A DNA stretch of 63,582 nt, filler included, from Conidiobolus incongruus B7586 (lineage: Eukaryota), in the NCBI GenBank assembly GCA_000697335.1. It is 3 parts of 3 records of this genome, joined end to end, with 100 filler letters (N's around TTAATTAATTAA, not from the genome) between each part and the next. Parts side by side here need not be neighbours in the genome. Positions count along the whole stretch, not along the records: positions 24,628 to 54,332 come from JNEM01006453.1; positions 54,433 to 63,582 come from JNEM01006454.1; 1 more part is not named here. One strand, given 5' to 3'. Position numbers and translations under genes: made by a program. Positions within the stretch are counted from its first letter, which is position 1. Every line of letters starts with the position of its first letter. Of the stretch, positions 53,008 to 63,582 are shown piece after piece. The notes beneath the pieces were generated by a model. The model saw only the letters and a list, made by a program, of their open reading frames with translations. It was not told the DNA's origin and ran no database searches.

Positions 53008-54325
53008 TATTACTTTGTAATTTAAATAATGGGAATTTTTTGCAATTGAAAAAAAATAAACATTTTTATATATAAAAAGTAAAAATAAATATATATTATA
53101 AAATTAATAATTTCTTTTATTTCTAATAACTTTTTGCTATACTTTTAATAAAACTCTAATACCTAAAAAACAATTCTTTATTAAAAATTGAAATTTAATA
53201 TTTTATAAACTAATTAAATTTTCCTGTAGAAATTTTCTTTCCTGTATATTGGTTTTTTAATCACCTAAAACAATTATAATCACATAGGTTATAATCTAAA
53301 GAATATACTAGATATAGTAGTTTTTCCCAGTTATTTTTAATTAGAAAGTTTTTTATAACTTTAAATTTATGTATTTTGCAATTATCATGCAAAATAATAA
53401 GTTTTCTTAAATTATATTAAGAATACTAATTAAAAATAGTTTTATTTAAAAAAGAAATATAAAGTTTATTATTAATTAATTTTCCTTTAAAAACTAAATA
53501 AGAATAGCATATACTATTATAATCTATTACAACAATTAATATTCACTTATCAATAAAGTGTTTATTTAAAGGAATTTGTAGAGGGGGTTGATTTAACTTA
53601 ATTTAACACTTTAATTTATGTTTTAATAAAAGATTATACAAAAGAATTTAAGATTCATTAGTTGTAATAATTTACTATAAAAGCTTTAGTTTCTAATTAT
53701 ACCTTAGTAAGTTTTGTTTAGTAATAACTACTTTAACTTTTTTTAAACTTTAGTTAAATTATAAGATACCTATTTTATATTTTTATTAATCAATTTTAAT
53801 TTAAACTTTAATATATATAAAATACTTATATAACTAATAATAAAATATTTTGATAATTCTCTAGCTAAAATAAAAAGTTGCTTTTCAATATAGTTTTTTA
53901 CTTTATTAATAATTAGAAGAATAATAGTTGAAATTAATCTTTTAGATTTTAGTAGGTTTTAGGTAGTTTTTATTTTAACTTTAAAGTAATTTACCTAGTA
54001 ATAAATTATTAATTTAGATAATACTTTATTATTAAAAGCTGCTTGTAAATTTTAAATGATTTTAGAGGGTTTATGGTTAAGTTTTACTAATACTAAAATA
54101 AAAAACTTTTGATGGTTACTATTTAGTTTAAGTATAATTAAATTAAATAATTAATTTAAAAAAATTAATTTTTTAATCAAAAAAATATTATATATATATA
54201 TATATATAATTTAAAACTATTTATTTTCTTATTTGTTTTGTATATATTTTTTTATTTAAAACTAATAATATGTTTGAAAAATTAAAAATTAAAAAATTTC
54301 CCATTTCTTTAATTCTATAGTAATA
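53008..54325 (-). mobile_element. Full-length but hypermutated mariner (DD34D) transposon, about 1.3 kb; relic transposase 53104-54135
   Basis: Minus-strand translation: HTH region Y*VNYFK..NLLKSKRL (W..FK..DxPRSGRP), K*VSYNLT (KWVPHxLT), IITTNES* (IITxDExW), IILHDNCKIH, WEKLLYLVYSLDYNLCDY (WExLPHPxYSPDxxPxDY, exactly 34 aa between D2 and D3), GKK, *QKVI. Imperfect TIRs begin TATTACT at both ends (53008, 54325). Confidence 0.9.
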
Positions 54326-54332
54326 TTATACA

Positions 54333-54432
54333 NNNNNNNNNNNNNNNNNNNNNNNNNNNNNNNNNNNNNNNNNNNNTTAATTAATTAANNNNNNNNNNNN
54401 NNNNNNNNNNNNNNNNNNNNNNNNNNNNNNNN
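54333..54432. other. Artificial assembly spacer (44 N + TTAATTAATTAA + 44 N)
   Basis: Identical to 24528-24627. Confidence 0.97.
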
Positions 54433-57400
54433 AATATATATATTTAAAATCTTAAAACAATTTTCTAAGTAAAAATAAACCAAAAAAGCTATATTTTCTA
54501 ATATATTTACTTTATTATAACCCATATGATTATAATTACTTTAAATGATTAAAAAAATATATTTTCAATAAAAGAAAATTTCTATAAATAAATTTAATTA
54601 GTGTATAAAAACTTAAATTTCAATTATTAATAAAAATTTTTTTTAAATAATAGATTGTTATTAAGTATATGGTAAAAAACTGTTAATTTTAAAGGAGTGT
54701 GCTAATTCTATAATATATATTTAATTTTATATTTTTCATATTAGGATTTATATGTAAATTTTATTTTAATAATGTATTATTACTTAATTTAATGAGTAAT
54801 ATTAAATTATCTGACTAATTAATTTTAATTTTTCTTATTAAATACCATTATCTAATTATAAAACACACTATTTAACTTATATTAATTATATTAATGATTT
54901 CCTATTTTAACCAACCTTCCGATTGACACTTATGACTAGAGTCATATTCAAAATTAAATATGTCAAAAATGACATGTTTCACGTATTATTCAATTAAATA
55001 TCAAGTAACTGGAATTCACATATGATTAAATCATTAATAATAGCTATTGCTTAATTTTTAATAATAAGCATAATTAATTGTGAATATTTCGAATGATATT
55101 AGGAATTGATAACGATTATGTATGTATTTTAATCTATAAAATAAAATTACCTCTAAATTAGTTTTTTGGCTTTAATTTATTAAATGAGTATAAAATTTTT
55201 ATACATTCTAAATATCTTAATACCCCAAAGAAATTTATAGAAAATAAATATGATTTTTTACACAGAATTAAATTAGTAATTTATTTCAATTGATTACCAA
55301 TGAACCAGGGCCTTAACTCCTTCTAAATATATATCTATATATTAGCATTCATCAAAACACTTGATTTAAAAATATAAAGCAAACAATCAAGATAAAATTG
55401 ATAAAGACATTCAAATCATTATAAATTTCCTCGGTTTCAAATCAAATAGAAAGACTGTAAATCTAGGAATAAGAAACGACAATGGATATTTGTTAAAAAT
55501 ATTTACTGATAAATATTTTTATGGCAGTGTCAATATACTCAAACAAAGAATTTTCTTAATTTTGAATATAAAATATATATATTAAGATGATAGAATTGAA
55601 TCTAATTAATAATCGTTTCAAATATATTTATTAAATAAAATTAAGTCATATCACGAAAGAAAAATGGATAATAAATTTGATTAAAAATTCGTGACAAAAT
55701 TTGATAATTTTAGATAAATTAAAAGATCATTATAATTTGGCCTTGATATCATTTTACAAAGCGCTCAAATTCAATTGATAACTTAAAAATCCAATATAAA
55801 TTAAAATTTTAATATAAGTGTGCAGGGTCCATTATAATTATTACCACTGGATCCTCTTTAATTCATTATGACTTCATTTCTATTAAATTATCCAGATAAT
55901 TTTTAACATAATTTTTGGTAATTTTTTAAATGACAAATTATTGATAATTTTTAATATTGTATAGGTTGGTTAAATAGATATTAATTTTTCAAGAAAGGAT
56001 AATGAAATTTAAGGTTTAACTCCTAAACTTTTAAAACTCTAACCAAATATTATAGTAATAACTGGACCCTTAATTTTAAATTCCACATTTTTGCATTCTA
56101 TATTTTTGTTGTGTTAATGTTTCAAAAGTTTTTTGTATTTATAAATTGATTTTTTTATTTCATTGAAATTTTCAGTTTTATAATTCTTTTAATTAATAAT
56201 CAATATAGATTTCTTAAGTTTTCAAAAAATCGATTCAATAAATATTTTAAAACTAGTCAATATAATGATGTCAATTAACCTCTAAGCATCAAGCTAGAAA
56301 TGCCAGTTTTCGCCAAATTAATGCTCTATTAAGGCATAAGTGCAAGAAATTGGAAAATGACAATTCTTTAAATGCTGAGATTATTTTAAAATTATCCGCA
56401 AGACCTTAAACAAATTTTATGTGACTTCCTCTCGATCAAGGTAAAATTATGTTCGATGTAGGGATTAACCTGTACAATTTGGCTTAAAATTAGGATGAAA
56501 TCAGTGTAGCCGTACTTTTTATTTATCTGAATTTAACCATAATATATTTATAGATGATGTATATTTTAGGTAATAGAGTACATAATTCACTACTCTAAGA
56601 CAAAATAACATATCTGTGATTTAATGATCAGATCACTATTATGTTATCTAGAACTACAGAAATATATACTATTATAGTTTATATTCTATTTAACTGTTAA
56701 GTATACCATGTTATTAAACATTGATTGTTAATGTTTAAATCAAATCCAAGCCAATAAACCAATATTTAGAATTAGACAAACAAACGCTTGTATCCAATTA
56801 ATTACATATTAATAATTTGCTAATAGATCTCAATCAATTTTAACATCTAATACAATAACACTTAAAGAATCTGAAATAAAAATATAAACTAATTTAGATA
56901 AAACTAAATATGTTCAATTTAATTTACCTGGCGTTTCTCAAACAGATTTTATCGAATTGGATCTTTCAAAAATGATCAAACCTAATATTTGAAAAAATTC
57001 CCATATATTTATAAACTTTCAAATATTGACAAACAAAAATTACCCAATCAGAATCCTTCATCCAGTTTGGATAGAGTGATGTCAGCTGGCAGTGTATGAT
57101 TGGCCAATCTCTATAAATTTGTTAACCATTGAATCTAAATAGGTAGTAACAAATAGAAGTAATGGATTATAACAATGGGGGGTTAAGGGGGAGAATATTA
57201 TGACTATGTAAATTTTATCTCTCTATCTATTCAAATATTTAAAAATCATAATTAAAATTTATTAATTTTTTTTTTCAAAAAAATTTTTTTTAATTTTGAA
57301 AAATAAATAATTGACCTTAAATATATTATTATTATTAAAATGTCATGATGTAATAAAATGTAATTTATATTTTTTTATTATAATTATTTAATTTTAATAT

Positions 57401-58658
57401 ATTTCATTCAGAAAAAAAACAATATCATAATTATTTAGATTGGTTAGATTAAATTTATAAATATAAAAAAATTTTTTTCTTGTCATTAAAAAAAATTATC
57501 ATTGTTATAAAGTGTACATTAATGAAACACATCAAACGTAATTGTAAACCATTTAAAATATTCCATTTGTAATATTAATTTTTTTTGCAAAAATCAAAAA
57601 TTCGCTAGATTATCCAAGTTCTAGCGAATTTACGTGAATATTGGGTGATAGCTTACAGCGAATAGTCTTAATGAGATACACACCTTCCTAATAATATTTT
57701 ATACCGAATAACTTTAACTCAAACTTCATCCATTTAATTAATTCCAATTAAGCTTAAATATTAAAAATAATGCAATATTGAAAATAAAGTGATGTAAAAA
57801 TAACTTTAATTACATAATTTAAACTCCACTTAATAAGACAAGGGGGAATTGATATTATTTCCAAATTTAAAAATTTCAAACGTTTCAAAGGTTTGAATTG
57901 AATATTTGATGCAAATTGAAAAATTTTTTAAGTTTGAACTTTTGGTTGGACTTATATACTTGGTGGAGTTTTATAGTGATTAATCAAGCAGTTAATAACC
58001 TTTATTCGACTAAAAATCAATAATGAGTTTCACACAATTAACGGTTGATAATTAGGAAAAAAATTTTAGCATGAAGATATTTTTTCCTGAAAGTCTAAGT
58101 TGGTTAGGTCAACAATTGAATTATAATGGAGTACTTTAAAGATCAACAGGTTATATAGATTTTAAGGAAAAAAGGAGTCCAATATATGAAGATAGTACCC
58201 AGTGTTGAATATTAAGGAGTTAAAAAGAACAGTTGATTCACTAATATTGGGGTTAATTGCTTGACTATATTGAATTATTATTGTCGAAATATTAGAGGAT
58301 TGATTATTTTTGTTATTAGAGTGATAATGATTTTAAGACATATTGTTATATTATGAGTCATCAATTATTAATAAAAAATGTTGATAATAAATAAAAATAA
58401 GTAATATATATTTAAATAAGTTTTAATTAACATTTTAGTGATTGTACAGTACAAGAGTAGTCGTAATTGTAAAGAATAAGTCCAATTTTGTAGAGTAGAG
58501 GGGGAAGAGGAGGAAGAGAGAAAGACATGAAGTGAAGACAAATAGAAGTATACTGAAAGTGTGATAGGGTGTTCAAAATCGTTATCCTTCTATAAATAAA
58601 TAATAATAATAAATTTTGTTGAGCCACTAACAGTAGGGAAAGATCCCTGAGGAATCAT

Positions 58659-59222
58659 TTAGTAACTGTGGCGATAGCAGCATCTTTGGCCGTAGGGACA
58701 GGTACCCTTCTCCTTAAAGTTGCGGCAGAGTTGAGTTTTGTACTTGGGGTGACGGTGAACCATGCGTTGTTCCTGTTCACCATGAGCAAATTTACAGCGT
58801 TTGCCATAGCGACAAGTGCCTGACTCCTGAAAAGATTTGCACATCTCTGTCTTAAAGAGGATAACGCTCTTTTCGAGTTGAGAAGAGTCAGCACTATTGC
58901 TGGTATCGACGACTTCGCTCAACGAGCCATCGAGAGGGGAAGTGGAGAGGGTAGAGGAGCGGGATACACTAGTGCTTGACTCAGATTCGGTATCACTGAA
59001 CTCCAAATCAGAATCTACAATATAGTCAAGAGTAGTGAGAGCACTGTAATTTATCTCTAAGCTGTCGTCATTGGTTTGAGGCAAGGCACTGGAAAGTGAT
59101 TTGCTAAAACTTACAAAGGAAAAAGGTTTGGACTCTTCGAAAGAAGAGGAGGTGAAGCGCGAAGTGAAGAAAGGCTTGGATAACTCTTTGTCCATAAGGG
59201 TGAAGTTGATAGGAGAGCTCAT
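58659..59222 (-). CDS. Tandem CCCH zinc-finger mRNA-decay protein (TTP/ZFP36, Cth1/2, Zfs1 family), 187 aa
   Basis: FKTEMC-x8-C-x5-C-x3-H, 18-aa spacer, YKTQLC-x8-C-x5-C-x3-H; Ser-rich N-terminus. Confidence 0.92.
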   Translation of the reverse strand: MSSPINFTLMDKELSKPFFTSRFTSSSFEESKPFSFVSFSKSLSSALPQTNDDSLEINYSALTTLDYIVDSDLEFSDTESESSTSVSRSSTLSTSPLDGSLSEVVDTSNSADSSQLEKSVILFKTEMCKSFQESGTCRYGKRCKFAHGEQEQRMVHRHPKYKTQLCRNFKEKGTCPYGQRCCYRHSY

Positions 59223-61839
59223 ATTGGTTGAATAAATAATTAATAAATAAAGATAAATACAATTGTATTGAATACTAAGAGGAGAAAGATAAAATAGTAA
59301 TTGGTTTTGTGAAAGAGTAAATAAAGTGATTAATTCATAATGAAAAATTTTTGTCTATTTCCAGGGTTTTTATACCAATTCACCACTTAAAACTTCATTA
59401 ACGTATCCAATTTAATTCCCCCCCCCCCCTTCTCATATCACACAACATAATTATTTATTTACTCATCCTCCTTTATTCTCATTTCAATATAACATTCAAA
59501 TATAAGCTATACAAAATACCCCGCATTCGATTGATTCCAAGTCATCTCAATATATCACTATTGTATTCTATAGAGCATACAATCAATTAAACACGACTCA
59601 CCCACCCGCTTTGAATTCAATATAGCCGATGGTCATCAGGTAATTGAGCTAATTAGTCTGAAACGAAAGACCTTTCATAACCTCCACTTAATAATGAATA
59701 CCTCACACACTCCCCAATCACCAAGAAAGCCCAATTGCAGCACATACACCCTGAAATGATAGCATAAATATTCAGATAACAGTCTATATTTCTAATATAT
59801 TAACTATATCATCAAACCCATTACAAAGTATAACCCAACTAAAAAAATTTCCAACGTTTTAAAATAAAATTAAACAAAATTAAATATAATATTTAAAAAA
59901 GATTTAATATTCCTTATTCTATAAGTTTTGATTTGAACTAAATCTATTTCAAGTTATTCTAAATTAACTCCATTGAGATATTCGAATAAATTGAGATCTA
60001 TAAGCAATTCTCCGTTTTAGAAAGTTTTTATGTTAAAAATTTGTAAGTCACTCCTAATTTCCAATTCAAGTGCTTGTTTGACTCGTCACCCTGACTCCTT
60101 GATCTTAGTGAGTTAACTCTGAATTTGATAAATTACTCATTGGTTTTTATGTTTGGTTGAATTTATTACTACCCTTTAACCTGAAATTATTGTAAAATTT
60201 GAATTATTAACATAATAAAATTATATTATGATTTTTAACTAATCAAACTTTAAGGATTTAATAAATTTATTGGCGTACTTAATATTGATAATTTTAAAAT
60301 TAATTCAAATTATTAAATTAAAAGAAAAAATTTTATAAAGAATAAATTAAATTTTAATAATATATCTTATAAATTAAATTATTAAAATTTTTATAATCGA
60401 ATCTTCTTAAAATTTAAAAAGTATTAATACTTTCATTTTAAAGTAATATTAAAAAAATCTTAAATAGCATTTATATTTTATTAGCCACGAAGATAATTAA
60501 AATAAATTAAAAAATTTATAATGATGATGTATATGTTTGATCATAATAATTAAATGGATTAAACTGCTCTCATTTTCTCATATTCACCTCTTTGAGCCAA
60601 TCAAATATAACGATATGTCTAAATTTAGTCAGATGAATTGTTCAAAGAATGAATCGTGAAGATTTTAACAACAGTTAGAGGTGTTCCCAATACTTATTTT
60701 TCAAATTATTATGTGGAATTAATTAATTCTTTAATTAATAAATTATCAACTTGATAATTCTCAGCCAACGTTAATATTATTCAAATATAAATTTGCCCAA
60801 TTCAAATGAAATGAAAGATTTATTATTTTAATGAGTGAATTGAGGTTAGATTTATAGCTAACTAAATTCGGATACTTTGTAAGGGATGATGTTTAATTCA
60901 TGGTATTTGAATGTCAACATGTCTAAGTTGTTCCAAGTCTGGATCAAATACTTATCTCATTACCATCCTCACAATTAGTTTGTTTTGAATTATTTGTAAA
61001 TTCTTTTTCAATCTCTATCTTATCAGTATTTACAAATATATCAACTTTGGTCTATTTCAATTATTAGTCTTGTATACCCACATATATTCAATTTAATAAG
61101 TTAATTATTTATTGATATTGAAACAAAAAAATAATATTGAATGATAACTATTCAGATCAATAATTTGAGTGGTTGAACTTAAAAGCGAATGGGCGGCCAG
61201 TTAATATTAATTAATCATCCAATATCGATTAAAGAACCTCCAGCCAATGAATTCACCATTGAATCAATATTCATTTCACCGTGTAATCCAACATGTTTCC
61301 TTGAATACAAGATTATACTATTGTAACTTATAGCTTGTAGATTATTTAACTTATGGAAATTTATCAATTGAAAATTTTCTAAAAATAACTATCAATGTAG
61401 AAGTATATTGGCGAGTTTCTTTGATATAAAATCAACCAAGAATCGTTGATAATTTTGCGCCCAACATTGATGAAAAATTAATAATTGAAGAATTAATGAT
61501 TGTATGTTAAATAACCATCCCATTTATTTTTGCTTTGTTATATTATATAGGATTTTAATTAAAATTTATTCAACTTTGATTTATTTTCCATATTTTTCTT
61601 TGCCATTCATTTAGTATCAATCAATTTTTAATTAGTGCACTTTTAGAATTTTTTGATGTATTATCTTTAATGTGAGTTGATTTGTTAGGATATTAATTAT
61701 ATTTAATATATAAAAATCTATTCACAAAGTATATTGCAAGTCACAAGAAACATTATCAGTATATGATAAATGCTATATGTTGGAGATCAACCCCGAAACA
61801 AGAGTAACAAAAGGGCATAATATGAATCCAAGTCAAGTA

Positions 61840-62420
61840 AGGCCAATGAAATTATTTAAACTTGAAAACACCTTGTTTAATTCAATTGTACCACTTGAAT
61901 TACCCAAACCATTTCTCCCAAAACTTTTGCCAGTTTCCAATCTATTTACTTATTTTACAGGTCTTCAAATTCTCAATTAGCCAATCATGGATTAGGTTTT
62001 AGTTTTTACTGTTAAAGTGGAATCTCTAAATATAATTTGCGGTTTTTATTTTTTTTATCCTACAGTTTCAAACTTTAATTCTTCAAAATAAGTTTGAAGG
62101 AAAATTTGTTAATTTGTTTGAATGCTAGTTTTGATGTTGGAAATTTTTAATTGATATTCTCAGCAATTTAATCCTTGTATTTTTATATTAAACTTTTGTA
62201 GACATATTCTATATATTATACAATGTCAAAGGTGTTCAAAAGTGATTGAATCGTTATAATACCTATATTTACAAACTATTAATATTTCAATGTAATCAGA
62301 TCATCTGAAACTTTAGTGTACGAGAATTTTTTATGTTTGTACAATTGCTTCGGATTACTCAAACTCCACTTGATAACTGCATATCCTTCCTTTTGCCCAG
62401 TTTAGTTTGAGAACTTTTGA
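61840..62420 (-). mobile_element. Possible degenerate non-LTR (L1/Tx1-like) reverse-transcriptase fragment
   Basis: Ordered broken motifs: VSDDL (YADD-like) near 62300, LYLEIPL..KL (YLGIPL) near 62025, KISK*IGNWQK then GRNGLGNS (WxxxxLSxxGRxxLxNS) near 61910. Confidence 0.4.
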
Positions 62421-63582
62421 TATTACATATCTGATAACTTGCCAAATTTTGTTATGAATTGGATTAATTAGAAGAGTTTCTTGAAATTCTCCATATTACA
62501 TTCACTAATTCTTTAAATTCTGAGTATCTTATACATATTTTAGAAGCTTGGCTTATTAGACATTATTCCACTGATTTCCTAATCAATTTGTAATACATTA
62601 GAATTATTAATATCATTATTCAAATAAAATCATTTTATTTTTTTTGTTCTTTCTATATTTAAATAAAAAATTTCAAAAATTATAATAAGTACAAAATAAT
62701 ATTTTAGCCTTCATGGTTCAATATTAATTTCTATCAAAGTGAACTAATTGATTTATTTAATAATTTAAATTTTCATATATCAATTAATATTTAATTAAAC
62801 CATTTTTCCTGGAAATTAATTAGTAAGAGAAAAAACAAAATGGTCGAGATAGTTAGTCAAATTATAAAAGGTATTATTAAACCAAACGATTAATTCAAAA
62901 TTAACATGATTCCCAGATTTATAGATCTATTACTGATGCAATATAATCTTTGAAATATTAATTATGTCAAAGTTTATAACAAAAAATTCGTGTACTTAAT
63001 GGTTCCAATGTTATAACATTTTTGAAAAACGTTTATAATCGATAATATTTGTGATTTTTTGCTTCTTTTCACCTACTTTATAAAGAAATTATAATAATAT
63101 ATATTATTATATTTTCAGCTAGATCATAATGGGTAATTGTCTTTTAATTTTATATTTTATTCCTTAAGGTTTTTATCATTTAAATTAAAATTAATGTATG
63201 TAATTTATGTATATTGAATTATTTGATTTTTTTCAATATTAACTCTTTATTTATCCATAAAATTATTATTTTTCAAATAATTCTTAAAAAATTTTATGAA
63301 TAAAATATTAATTTATAATATTTATATATTATTTAATCATAATAGAAATTTAATACTAAATTTATTAAATGCCTTATAATATATATATATGTATATATTG
63401 AACATTTAAAACTATCTCCATATATTATTATGATATATAGACTTAATTAAATAATTTGTTTAAAAACCCTATATAGTGAATTCCTTTTTAGTATTAAATT
63501 ATTTTTTAATTTGTTTTGATTTGTATTAATGAATTAATAATTTATTATATTATATCATTATATTATTAAAATTATTTTAAAT

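Noticed and set aside
2147..59222. A metal-homeostasis gene cluster (MFS + CobW + Cth-like)
   Set aside because: The genes are separated by assembly spacers and unrelated housekeeping genes; linkage and co-regulation are unsupported
61190..61320. Minus-strand peptide HVGLHGEMNIDSMVNSLAGGSLIDIG
   Set aside because: Compatible with several unrelated families (DHA2 MFS, Gfo/Idh/MocA, RNase H); cannot be assigned
1..63582. CRISPR arrays, rRNA, spliceosomal snRNAs, TPP riboswitch
   Set aside because: No repeat-spacer arrays or diagnostic motifs seen by eye

Overview
Extremely AT-rich eukaryotic DNA with short GT-AG introns and a Zn2Cys6 transcription factor, so a fungus. My impression is an early-diverging, Entomophthorales/Conidiobolus-like lineage, which I cannot prove from this window. 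Two 100-bp assembly spacers (44N-TTAATTAATTAA-44N) split it into three contigs. 2-23 kb holds a tandem array of four intronless siderophore-iron (ARN/Sit/Mir-like) MFS transporter genes: three intact and one pseudogene. The three intact promoters carry repeated ATCWGATAA (SreA-type GATA) sites. 25-59 kb holds a PY-motif membrane protein, a Nas6/gankyrin homologue, a secreted-protein gene with one in-frame TAG, an ankyrin-dysferlin protein, stomatin-like SLP-2, a Zn2Cys6 TF, a CobW/Zng1 GTPase, a compact hamartin (TSC1)-like gene, NAA10/ARD1, a TTP/Cth-type tandem CCCH protein and four tRNA genes. Main hidden signals: (1) two near full-length DD34D mariner elements, invisible to the ORF track, whose conserved motifs were destroyed almost only by C>T/G>A transitions, a RIP-like pattern echoed by seven Trp>stop changes in the MFS pseudogene; (2) a solo LTR with a 5-bp TSD inserted 10 bp upstream of tRNA-Lys, suggesting Ty3-like Pol III targeting; (3) the GATA-based iron regulon.
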